Shown here: positions 1 to 11,410 of the stretch, one piece after another
Numbering within the stretch: position 1 is the stretch's first letter
Layout of the letters: each line of letters opens with the position of its first letter
Source: Callorhinchus milii
Lineage: Eukaryota
Length of the DNA: 64,000 nt
Assembly (NCBI RefSeq): GCF_018977255.1
Contig: NW_024704743.1
Coordinates: forward strand, 94,676,001-94,740,000
Direction of reading: 5' to 3'
Notes under the pieces: generated by a model
The model's database searches: none
What the model was told of the DNA's origin: nothing
What the model saw: the letters and a program-made list of their open reading frames with translations, nothing else
Position numbers and translations under genes: made by a program

Positions 1-54
1 TCTCGTCCAAAAGGCAGCACTTTGGATAAGGCATCAAAAATCTGATCCCTGTCT

Positions 55-340
55 CAGTGTTGGAAGATAGAGATTTTGGTCAAGCACCATATGCAGAGTA
101 TGAAGGGGAGCTAGGGATAATGAACAATGCCAAAGTGACATACTGGCTCAGTTAGCTGGAATGAGCAGCCAGGGAGATTGATGAGTCAAAGCTGGAGGCA
201 AGAAAGCTCTAGCGAGAGACGAACAAGGTAGCATCAATTTTGCTGATGTTTAGGTAAAGAAACTTGAGTGTCATCCAGGATGTGACTGACAGGCAGTCAG
301 TCAAACAACAATAGGCCTGGAAGCGGAAAGACAGGGCTGG
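55..340 (-). mobile_element. Old degraded L2-like LINE fragment (region just downstream of the RT core)
   Basis: The minus strand reads like the SD..SWM...FL.LN..K segment of L2 ORFs; heavily decayed. Confidence 0.45.
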
Positions 341-471
341 GTATCATAATACTATTATTAATTGTTGCATTTGATATAGCACCTTACCACGTTGCTGAGA
401 CGTCTCAAAACGCTTTACAAAATTTTCAGTAAAATGTAGTACTGTATTGTATCATCTTAGCCTATGTGATT

Positions 472-1420
472 CCAACAACAACAAATTTACATTTGTATAG
501 CGTTTTCACATCGGGAGGACATGCCAGGGCGTTGGATAATCAGTGTTTCAGACCCGAGCTGATGAAGCAGAGTGGGTCATGGCACAGATGTGGGGTAGAA
601 AGTACAGTTGAGGGTCGAGCAAGATGCCAAGGTTCTGGACTGGCTTAGTAAGGTGGAGTGTACAACCATGGATGGTGATGCTGTCAGCGCCTGAGGTGTG
701 GAGGCACTGACGGGAGCCAATCAGGAGGAGCCTCGGTCTTGTTGACATACAATTGAAGAAAGTTAGCTTTCATCCAGGACTTGATGTCTGACAGCCATTC
801 TGTCAGGACAACAGTGGTCCTGTAGTCAAGGGTGGAGGCAGAGAGGTACAGTTGGGTGTCATCCTGTAGTGGAGTCCTGTAGCTCAGTGGTTAGAGCACT
901 TACTTTGCAAGCGAGAGACCTGGGTTTGATTCCCGGCAGGGTGAAACCTTGGGCAAATTTCCTTACTCCACACGCCTAATAATAATCCCTCAAAAAAAAA
1001 ACTGGTCATTTCAGTCCACAACTGTTTATGGGACACTGCTGTGCGCAATTGGCTGCCACATTTCGCCCAAAGATATACAGTCAGTTCACTTTACAGTCTA
1101 TTTGTGAAGCGCTTTGAGACGTCTAGAAGACGTGAAAAGCGCAATATCAAATGAAAGGATTATTATTATTATTATCCACATACATGTGGAAGTTGACCCT
1201 ATGTTGCGGATGATGCCACCAAGAGGGAGCATATACATATTGAAGATGAGGGGACCAAGGGCAGAGGCCTGAGGAAGGTGGTGTAGGGGCTAGAGGAGAA
1301 GCCGTTTGTGGAGATGAAATGGAGATGGTATGAGAGGTACGATCTGAACCATTCAAGGACAGAACCGTGAAGGTTGAGGTGAGAGGAGAGGCGGTGGATG
1401 AGGATAAAGTGGTCAACTCT
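472..1420 (-). mobile_element. Decayed, internally deleted L2 LINE copy (RT to 3' tail), split by a SINE
   Basis: Minus-strand ORF pieces [62 protein letters not shown] match the + strand L2 at 4.1-4.6 kb. An L2 tail with (TTG)n is at 472-535. Confidence 0.85.
869..1174 (+). mobile_element. Young tRNA-derived SINE with L2-type 3' tail (copy 1)
   Basis: A box TAGCTCAGTGG, B-box-like GGTTTGATTCC, TGC anticodon-like loop, Deu-like 3' body, stem-loop tail and (ATT)n end. Matches five other copies in the window. Confidence 0.9.
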
Positions 1421-1504
1421 ATCGAACTCGAACTCTATCCCATCCCACAACCTTTTGACTTAAAGTGGAGAGTGCTGCTACCACTGAGCCAGACTGACAC
1501 ACAA

Positions 1505-1597
1505 ATCATTATTCCCGGATCGCCAATCGGCGAACCGGATTCCTACTTACTCGTAGGTAAACAGAGGCATTTGGAGTAAGGAAACTTGCCAAAGGTT
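1505..1597 (-). mobile_element. Fragment of the long variant of the SINE (retains the central insert)
   Basis: Minus strand GGCAAGTTTCCTTACTCCAAATGCCTCTGTTTACCTACGAGTAAGTAGGAA...CCGGGAATAATG aligns to 36585-36927. Confidence 0.7.
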
Positions 1598-1986
1598 AAT
1601 CATGAATTGTTTATAAGGGTCTCTCACCTCAAACCTATAGATAGTTTTGTAACCAATTTGGGAAGATGGTCACTCATCTCACATAAATGAGGAATATTTA
1701 CCACCACAGTGCATACTTCTGAATTAAAACAGGAAGATTTCAATGTTTATAAACCCTACATAAATCATTATTTTACTCAAAGGGTTGACACCACAAACAG
1801 AACCTTTCATTGTTGAAGTTCCCCCCCCTAAACTACCAATGACTGAAACATTATTGCTGGTCTCTTCCAATATGAATTATTTAATAGTTGTTTTCTGGCT
1901 AACTTTGAGTTCTGAATACCCAGAGTCTGGTAAGCCGTTGTTTCCATACAGCCTGACCGCTCGCTCCCGGTCCCCGCGTGCGCACT

Positions 1987-4900
1987 ATGGCTGCCGCTTT
2001 GACCCGAGCCCCCTCACCCCCTCCCTCCCGCCCCCCTCCTCTCTCCCCCCAAACCCTTCCCCCTCTGCATCTCTCCCGCTCTCTCCTCCTCTCTCTCCGT
2101 CCCTCTCGTCTTCTATCCCCACTTGACCCTCCCACAACCTCCCTCTGCTCCAGCCTGGGAATCCTCCGCCGGGCTCACCGCGGCACTCGGCGTTGGCTGT
2201 CCAGCAGCAGCCACACCGACTGCCCCATTCCCCACCACTCTCGCCAGCCACCCCGGACACAGACCCGGGGAGTCAACCTCTCCTCCCTCATCCCCATTCC
2301 CCCCACCCCTGCCTCACAACCTGGACCCCCTCCCCTCCCACACACCCTTCTGTCAACCGCTCCCTCCACATCGGACTGCAAAATGTCCGCTCCCTCTGCA
2401 ACAAGGCCCTGGTCATCAACGATCTCATCCTTGATGAGAACGTTGATATCATGGCCTTAACAGAAACCTGGCTCACCCCAGGCGACACCTTCCCCCTCAC
2501 GGAGGCCACGCCACCCGGCTACACCTCCCACCACATCCCCCGCCCCAACCGCCGTGGCGGTGGTGTTGCCCTTATCTCAAGGACACCACTTGCCCTATCC
2601 CCCTACTCCACTGGCTCTTTCCCCTCCTTTGAGCACCTCACCCTCTCCCACCCCTCATTCCTCTCCCTTAAAATCCTCCTCCTCTACCGGCCCCCTAAAA
2701 CCTCTCCCACCTTCATCTCTGACATTTCAACACTCCTCACATCTCTTTGCCTCTGCTCCGATCGCCTCATCATCCTGGGCGACTTTAACCTACACTTCAC
2801 CCCTCCTGCTCCATCTCCACAGACTTCTCTTCCCTGCTCTCCTCACTCAACCTCTCCTACACATAAACTCCCCCACTCACAGTCACGGCCACCCACTCGA
2901 TTTGGTGATCACCCGGGGCCTCAGTGTCTCGGATGTCACTATTACCGACAAGGCCATCTCCGACCACCACTTCATCTCCTTCACCACCTCCACCCCCCTC
3001 CCCACCTCCACCAGACCCACCACCATCTTCTACCGCCCTTGGAAGAAGTTACCCCCACAATCCCTAACCGATGCCTTGGAGTCCTCTGAACTCCTCTCCC
3101 TCTGGCCTTCAACCCTCACCGACCCCTCTTCTCCTCTCTCCCTCCTCCACAATACCCTCTCCTCCACACTCGATACTCTTGCCCCCATCACTTCCCGCAC
3201 TGTCTCCTACTCCCGCTCCTCCCCCTGGTACACCACCCACCTCCGCTCACTGAAAAGCCAGGTGCGGGCTGCTGAACGCACCTGTGTCAAATCTGGCCTA
3301 ACGGTCCACCGACAAATCTGGCTGGACCTCCTCAAAATTTACCGCTCCACTCTAGCCTCGGCCAAGTCGTCCTTCTACTCCAGGATAATCCTGGAGGCGA
3401 AGAACAACCCCAGGCTACTGTTTTCCACCACAACCCGACTCCTCCGTCCCCCCCGCCACCCCGCGCAGGTCATCTCCTCCAACCTTCACTGCGAGGAGAT
3501 GCTGGATTTCCTTGAATCCAAGATCAAGGGAATCCGCTCCGCGGTCACTTCCCCTCCAACTTCCACCCACCACCCACCCCTTCCCTCCCACACTCCGACT
3601 CCTACCCATCCTCCCCTACACACCTTCGTACCCGTTTCCCCACCCTCTGTCACTGAACTCATCCTATCCCTAAAACCAACCACCTGCTCCCTTGACCCCA
3701 TCCCCACTCCACTCCTTATCTCCCAGCTCCACTTTCTTGCCCCACATATCACTGACATCATCAACCTGTCCCTCTCCTCTGGCTCTGTCCCCATTCCATT
3801 AAAAACTGCCATCATCACGCCCACCCTGAAAAAACCCTCCCTTGATGCGTCGCAGCTATCAAGCTACCGGCCCATCTCCAACCTCCCCTTTCTCTCCAAG
3901 GTCTTGGAAAGAGTTGTCGCCTCCCAACTGCGCTCTTTCCTTTCCACCCATTCTCTTTTCGAACCCCTTCAGTCAGGTTTCCGTGCTGCCCATAGCACAG
4001 AAACTGCCCTGGTCAAGGTCACCAATGATATCCTGACCATCTGTGACCAGGGCTCCCTCTGTCTCCTCGTCCTCCTCGACCTATCGGCAGCATTCGATAC
4101 GGTCGACCACGCTATCCTACTCCACCGCTTGTCCTCCCACCTCAACCTTCAAGGCACTGTCCTTGAATGGTTTAGGTCGTACCTTTCTCACCGTCTTCAC
4201 TTTGTCTCGACGAATGGCTTCTCCTCCACCCCCGCACTGTCTCATGTGGTGTCCCTCAGGGCTCTGTCCTCGGTCCCCTCCTCTTCACCCTCTATATGCT
4301 CCCCCTTGGTGACATCATCCGCAGACATGGAGTTAACTTCCACATGTATGCGGATGACACCCAACTCTACCTTTCCTCCTCTACTCTCAACTCCACGACC
4401 ACCGATGTCCTGACAGCTGCCTGTCCGACATCGAGTCCTGGACGAGAGACAACTTTCTTCAGCTCAACGTGCGAAAAACCGAGGCCCTCCTGATTGGCTC
4501 ACGTCAGCGCCTCCGCACCTCAGGCGCTGACACCATCAGCATCCAAGGCTGCACTCTCCACCTCTCAAAGCCAGTCAGGAACCTCGGCGTTTTGTTCGAC
4601 CCTGAGCTGTCCTTTCTCCCTCACATCCGCACCACAACTGGCACCGCCTTCCATCACCTCCGGAACATCGCCAGACTACGGCACTACCTCACCCCTCACG
4701 CTGCTGAAACCCTGGTTCACGCCTTTGTCACCTCAAGGCTGGACTATGGGAACTCTCTCCTCGCCGGCCTTCCCGCCACCTCCCTCCACAAGCTGCAGGT
4801 CATTCAGAACTCTGCAGCTCGTGTACTGTCCCGCACCAGGCTTGGGACCACATCACTCCCACCCTCGCTCGCCTCCACTGGCTCCCCATCCCCCAGAGGA

Positions 4901-5240
4901 TTGATTTCAAGATCCTCATCCTCACCTACAAGGCCATTCACGGCCTTGCTCCCTCCTACCTCTCCAACCTACTATCCCCCTACCTACCTGCCCGTACCCT
5001 CCGTTCCTCTGGCTCCGGTCTGCTCCACGTCCCCCGCCCCAACCGCCCTACCATCGGTGGTCGGGCCTTCAGCCTCTCAGCCCCAGGCTCTGGAACTCCA
5101 TCCCCCAGTGCCTTTGCCTTGCTTCCTCCCTTTCCTCCTTCAAGGCCGGTCTCAAAACCTTTCTCTTTGACCGAGCCTTCAGCTCCCCTCTCGACTCTCT
5201 TCCCCCTCCTCGCTCCCTCCCTTCCCTCCCCTCACCCTGA
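1987..5240 (+). pseudogene. L2 endonuclease-reverse transcriptase ORF interrupted by seven single-base deletions (about 1086 aa when repaired)
   Basis: Successive frames each shift by -1 near 2335, 2802, 2855, 4230, 4416, 4844 and 5083. I saw no in-frame stop in the repaired path; TGA at 5238-5240. The start codon is uncertain. Confidence 0.8.
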
Positions 5241-5302
5241 CCATTTCCCCCCTCCTCGCTCCCTCCCTTCCCTCCCCTCACCTCACCCTGACCATTTCTC
5301 CC
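5205..5302 (+). repeat. Two-copy tandem duplication (about 46 bp) at the L2 ORF end / 3'UTR
   Basis: CTCCTCGCTCCCTCCCTTCCCTCCCCTCACC...CTGACCATTTC occurs twice. Confidence 0.8.
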
Positions 5303-8300
5303 CTGCTCGGATCATGACCCAACTGTGCAGCGCCTTGGGACGTCCTCCTGACGTGAAAGGCGCTTTATAAATGGAATCTTGTTGTTGTTGTTGTTCACAC
5401 TTTATAGTAAATCCTGTGAAGCATTTTGAGAGATCCTCCTAATATGAAAGTTGTTATATCAAATGCATGTATTAATGTTACTCCCCAGAATTAGGCCACG
5501 AAAGTTCAGAAATTTATCACTTGGTGAATTTATTATTTCATCTGTATCAAAAGCAGGAACTTCCCAAACAACAGTTATTAACAAGATTAGTTTGTGGATG
5601 AAGAGGCTCGTCTGCCTATTTCATCTCACCATTCCAGTATATCCACTGTACTGTCTTCCCATCACAGCATCGAGCAGTTTTTCTGTCCTCTACCACTTTT
5701 CCTGACAACCTGTTCCAATTGTTATTACTCGCTTGGGAGACAAAAAGGAGGTTCCTTCAGGCATAAATATTACTTCAAATGGTTGAATCATTCTTGACTT
5801 GTTCTGAAAGACCTTCTAGCTGTTGAGTTACAGTGTCCCTGACAAAAGCAAGGTAGAGAGCAGGTTCTCTCCTGTAATACCACAGAGAGGGAGCCCTGAA
5901 TATAAAGGTATACAGAGAGAATATAAACTGTTTTCACTTCCTCCTCCCTCTCTCCCCTCCCCTCCCCTCCCCCACATATGCCAAGATTTTGTTTGGAAAA
6001 TAACAGAACATTATTATCATTGTATTTCCATGATGATTCTCAATTTGCCAAACAGACTTTAACTCTGTTGCTCCAGGCAAATGACTAAAAGCTCATGGCA
6101 CCAGCCTCAAAAGAAGCACATAAGTGAAATCTGAATTACATAAAATGTAAAAGCCACTGAAAAGGTCAGTGTCTGCAAAGCTGGAGCCATCCAGACAAAC
6201 GGCAGACAGGCAACACTGAGGGCCATCGATTACACAGCCTCCGTGAATGGGTCAAGTGAAAGCTCTTGTTTCTCATGCAGGATGAACTCAGACTGTGGAA
6301 AACTATCGCACTGCCTCACTTGATTTAAATTCTAGAATTGAAAAAAAGGGAGATTTTTCTGAAGGCAGATGGTTAAAGGGAAGAAGCATTCGCAGTGGCT
6401 GTTGCTTTGACTTGGCGTGAGTGAAGTCTTGGGAGGAAAGGCTTTTTTTCCTCATGTGCTTTAACACTGGTTGGATTACAAAAATGAATTTGGTGGAATT
6501 TAATGATTATTAATGGGGGAAAGGGAAAAAGGAGCAAATGCCTTCAAAGAATTTAGGAGTTTTCAAAAGCCGCCTACTAGCTGAATTCACAATTTCTCCC
6601 AAATGTAACCTTCGGTTTTCAGCAAGCTGCAGGCTCAAGTCCAATATTGACTTTTTTTCACTGAACAAAAAAATGTTCAGGAATTATGAGAATGCTGAGT
6701 CTGGAGAGGGGAAACTTGTGAACACGTGTCCCCAAGCATTTGGTGTCCTGTTAACATGTTGTAGAATTTTGTGAGTTTTTCCCCAAATTAAAGTTAGCTG
6801 GGATCTTTAATGTCCATCTAAACAGGCAGACGGGATCTCAGTTTTACTTCTCAGCTGAATGATAACACTTCCAACAATGCAATGGCGGGTCAGCCTAGAC
6901 TGTGAGTTCGAAGTTTCAACATGGGGACACTATCTGTAACGAATAGGGCACCACACATATCATATGTCTATTACAGCAACAAACAACAAAAACAACAATT
7001 AATTTACATTCAAATAGAACAGGGTTAGCCAAACCATGACTGTGTCATCAAGAAGTGCCCGCCGAACATTCACAAGTCTAGGTAAGTCTGTGTTCAATTA
7101 ATCAATGCATTTTCAGGTTTGTCTTGATTGAATTTTCCTGATTTATAGCCTACAAATCAAGAAATATTCAATCAAGAAAATTTATTTTGTTGGCCGACCT
7201 AAAGGTCAGCTACCACTAATATAATAATGTAGCGCCTTTCATATTGGAAGGACATCTCAAGGCACTGAACAGTCCAGGGTTTTCACCTGAGCTAAAGTGG
7301 GTGGGGGATGATTTATTATTGAACTTGAGATGCTGGAGAATTCCTAGCTAAGGCTATCAGCTCTTCAGTCCATCATACTTTTTTGTTGTTCAGCAAGTGA
7401 AGAGTTTATATTACATTTATTTATTTTTCGAGCACTAAGGAAATGCCCTTTTTCCTCAATAAAGTTTGATATTTTGAAAAGATCTAAAAATGAATCGTGT
7501 TTCAAGGTCTGCAGTCCTTTCAATATTCAATTCACTGAGCCAAAAAGTGAGGTAGATGTGATATCAGCCAGGGAATTCCCCTGGAGTAAATCTGCTTCCT
7601 CACACTGACTCACAGGTAATTGTTAATTTGCATTCTGTTCATGAGCTATCACTTTTGCTATTATTTATAAATATATAAGGCAATACCTGAGGAGCTTAAC
7701 ATTCATAATACTTGTCCCCAGAGTATCTTTCTCCTTTAAGTATTAATATATCTCATTAAATGCTGGATTGAACTTTGATGCTGAAAGACTGTTCCTCAAG
7801 GCAGTCTCTTTGATGGTTTTATATAGAAGCATGAAGAGCTGATTCATACCACTGATTAAATATGAATTGACCCATTATGATCCATTTGCCCAGCCCTCTT
7901 AAGATGACCACTGGAATTCCAGAGAAGAATTGGCTTCACGTGGCACAGGACAAATACTGAGATTGCTTGCACTCTGTGCATGAAGCTGTTTTTTTTCATA
8001 TAAACGCTGTGTTTTTTTTTAAAAAGTTCTAAATTGAAAGTTGTCTTCATTTGTGTGAAATTATTTTAAAGCAGCCCCCCCACCCCTCCACTTGCCTATC
8101 TCTCGGAGAATGACTCACAGGGAATACATAGCCCGGATCTCAGCTACATAGATACACAAGCCTACCACAGATCGACACTCTGATTAAGGTCTAGGACACA
8201 TATGGATTCTGAGTATTAAGCCCTATTTCCTTTAAGCAGAGTTCATCTCTCTAGTGAGATGATGTGCAAGGAAATCTCAATGTGTAGGAGGCATGCATGT

Positions 8301-8904
8301 CTGGAATTCGCAGCCTGGTTTGGATACTCTTAAGCATGAGGTTTCCACAAGACACTCGGTGACCAAAGAGATTAAAGGGAGTCAAAATGTTGGATTTCAA
8401 ATTGAAGACTGAATGTACAAATTTTCTGCTCCATCTTAAATGTTAAGGCTATGGTTGCCTTACTTAACCTACATCATTGCAACAGCACCAACTCTGTGGT
8501 CAGATGTTTCCAATTGAATTAATATTTTCTACAATCCTTCTCAAGTTTACTGAGATGCTATTATATTGTGAATGAAGCTGCATCTCGTTCTGCTAAATTT
8601 ACAATTTCCATTTGAAAAATAAATCTTGCACATTGATTAACTTTAAAAATGTCATTGCAATCTTCATCCAGAAAATTCTGTTTTCAATTCTGTTTTATAA
8701 TGAGCACAAAATACACTCAATAGTTCAGTGACTCTGGCTGAATGATAATAGTGTAATTTTCAGTAAAATTTTATAATAATACTTAAGTTTGACATTACAT
8801 CACTTTTCATGTCAGGATGACATCTCAAAGAGGAGTGACTGTGTATTTTATAGGTGAATGTGGCAGCCAATTTGTGCCCAGCAATGCCCAGCAAACAGCC
8901 ATGT

Positions 8905-9055
8905 TTGGAACAGTGCTGTGAGCAATTGGCTGCCACATTTCGCCCACAAAATATACAGTCAATTCACTTTACAGTATATTCTTGTGAAGTGCTTTGAGAT
9001 GTCTTGAAGACGTGATAAGGCACTATATCAAATGCAAGGATTATTATTATTTATT
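8905..9055 (+). mobile_element. 5'-truncated SINE (Deu-like body end and tail)
   Basis: TGCTGTGAGCAATTGGCTGCC...GTGAAGTGCTTTGAGATGTC...AAATGCAAGGATTATTATT. Confidence 0.8.
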
Positions 9056-9589
9056 ATGTTTGTGGTCAATTTTATCACTTTTATCTGTCCAGGACACCAA
9101 AAGAAATTTTTGAATAGTTTCATGGGATCTTTAAAATACACCTGACGAGACAGACGTCTGCACAATAACAACTTGCATTAATATAGTGCCCTTCATGCAG
9201 GATAGTGTCTCAGAGTGCTGTCTGACCACAAACACTCAGCAAGGTTGTCTGCTTGCTTGCTCAGCAGCACTCGTGCTTCTGGGTTAGCAATTAGGGTTCA
9301 AGCCCCAGGTTGCCAGGTCTTGAGCTCATAGGTGAGGCTGACAATGTAGTTCCAGTGAATGAGAAGTTGAATCAAGATTCTGTTCAGGTAGATGTGAAAG
9401 ACTCCATCCAAAGATTGACATCTAAAGAACAGCACCTCCGACAATGCAGCACTTCTCCAGTTTTGCATTGGGGTGTCAGCCTATCTTTGCTGTACACGAA
9501 ATGCCTGACATATTTGTCTACAAATAATCACTTGAGAGTAATTACTGCAAAGTGCTTTGAGAATTAGGTGCTATAAAAATCCAAGTTTA

Positions 9590-10555
9590 TTCATATGGGA
9601 CTGAGGAAGCCAGACAGACCATGAAAACAAGGACACTAGGAAGAAATCCAAACCATTAATTACATATAAAGCTAAGGGGTCATTAACAGATTGTGAAATA
9701 TTAGAAAAAGGTGTTAAAGATAATCTCATGATGCATAGATAGTCTAGGTCATCAGTTAGATATGCAGGCATTAGCAAAACAATGGCATAAGACCAAGGTG
9801 GGTGAGCAACAAAAAAGGTATGAAAATAGTGCCACAAGCTCCCATTTTCTACCGAAAGAACATACCAGGGAATGGAAGAGAGAACTGCAAATTTAAGTGA
9901 TTTATGGCCGGTGAATGAAAAATGCCCAAGAGAAGAATGAGATATGTCTTAAAGTTTACATTGAGTTTGCCTCCAACAGTAGAGAAGGCCAACAGCAGGA
10001 AGGTGAAAGCAGCAAATACATTAAATCTAAATTAAACCTGGCAACGATAGACCCATTATCCTAACCTGAATAATTGGAAAAATAATGGAGTCAATCATCA
10101 GAAAGGAAGATGATTACCAAAAATAATCTAATAAATAAATAACAACCAATTTGAGTTCATCTCATAGACTTTTTTGAGGAGGTAAATGTGGGAAGCCGTA
10201 TGATGTAATACATTCTAGGCTTCCAAAAGAACCACAAGAAAGACTCCTTCAGAATGTGATCACAGGGTAAAAAGGGTAAGATATGGACGTGGATTCAGAG
10301 TTGTCTGAAAGGAAAGAAATAAGTGGCATATTTTGGTAGAGTGAGATCAAAATGGGGAGAGGTGTTAAGCGTGGTGCCTCAGGCTCATGTTCTTGGGACC
10401 CATTCTGTTCCTTGTATATATTAATGACCTGCATTTGTAGACCCAGTATAAGTTAGTTCAATTTGCATATGACACCATGAGATGAACTATGGAATCAGAG
10501 GAAGCAGCAAAAGTCCTGCAAAGAGAGCTTGATAACTCGCAAATGAATTTTTATA
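9590..10555 (+). mobile_element. Old CR1-clade LINE RT fragment
   Basis: Degenerate remnants of the [26 protein letters not shown] and FADDT coding sequence between about 10045 and 10480; A-rich strand bias. The 5' boundary is approximate. Confidence 0.7.
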
Positions 10556-10589
10556 CACATAATAAACCTTCTTCTTTGACCGTGCTTAT

Positions 10590-10666
10590 AATAATAACAA
10601 CAACAACAACAACAAGATTCCATTTATAGAGCGCCTTTCACGTCAGGAGGACGTCCCAAGGCGCTG
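10590..10666 (-). mobile_element. Tail-only insertion of the young L2 family
   Basis: Reverse complement of 5328-5395 with one mismatch. Confidence 0.85.
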
Positions 10667-10685
10667 AGAGGAGGTGGCCTCTCTT

Positions 10686-11008
10686 ATTATTAATAATAAT
10701 AATCCTTGCATTTGATATAGTGCTTTTCACGTCGGGAGGACGTCCCAAAGCGCTTCACAGAACACACTGTAAAGTGAATTGACTGTATATTTGTGGGCGA
10801 ATGCGGCAGCCAATTGCGCACAGCAATGTCCCATAAACAGTTGTAGATTGAAAATGACCAATTTATTATTGTTTTTGGTTTTTGGAGAGATTATTATTAG
10901 GCGTGTGGAGTAAGGAAACTTGTCCAAGGTTTCGCCCTGACTGCCTGGAATTGAACTCAGGTCTCTCACTTGCAAAGCGAGTGCTCTAACCATTGAGCTG
11001 CAGGACTC
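10686..11008 (-). mobile_element. Young tRNA-derived SINE (copy 2)
   Basis: Full head-body-tail match to the other copies. Confidence 0.92.
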
Positions 11009-11249
11009 TAGAAGTCCTTATGGCCACCTCCCTCAGCCCCCCGGCGGAGTCAGTCTCCACCACTGTTAAATGCTCTAAGACGTTACCCTGCGTGGAGGGC
11101 ACTATATAAGTGCAAGTTGTTGTTGTAAATGCAAGTTACTACATTCAAAAAAATGCAACAATAGGAAACGCAGGTACTCCAGGGATGGGATTGAACTCAC
11201 ACATATGGAAGTTTACCCCACGGCTGCAGATGACCTGACCGAGAGGGAG

Positions 11250-11410
11250 TGGCTTAACGTCTCATCCAAAGTGCAGCATCTCCAACACTGAAGCTCACCC
11301 CCAACACCGCAATGGAGTGTCATCCTAAACTATGTGATTCCAAGTCCTGACGTGGAGCTCGAACCCACAACCTTCTGACTCGGAGGCGAAAGTGCTACCA
11401 CTGAGCCAAG
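11250..11410 (-). mobile_element. Old DeuSINE/SacSINE1-like 5' portion
   Basis: Minus strand TGGCTCAGTGGTAGCACTTTCGCCTCCGAGTCAGAAGGTTGTGGGTTCGAG (tRNA head), followed by a Deu-like body. Confidence 0.65.

Larger units (their letters stand above)
1952..5395 (+). mobile_element. Near full-length L2-clade non-LTR retrotransposon (single ORF, APE endonuclease + RT)
   Basis: APE motifs NVRSL, LTETWL, GGGVA, YRPP, GDFN, LDLVI, SDH. RT motifs [58 protein letters not shown]2-typical C-terminus SRLDYGN, LHWLP, LWNSIP. 3' stem-loop and (TTG)n tail. CpG-rich. Confidence 0.95.

Noticed and set aside
1899..2509. Gly/Arg/Glu-rich antisense and Pro-rich alternative-frame ORFs over the L2
   Set aside because: Expected from the extreme C-rich strand bias, which depletes stop codons; no recognisable domains.
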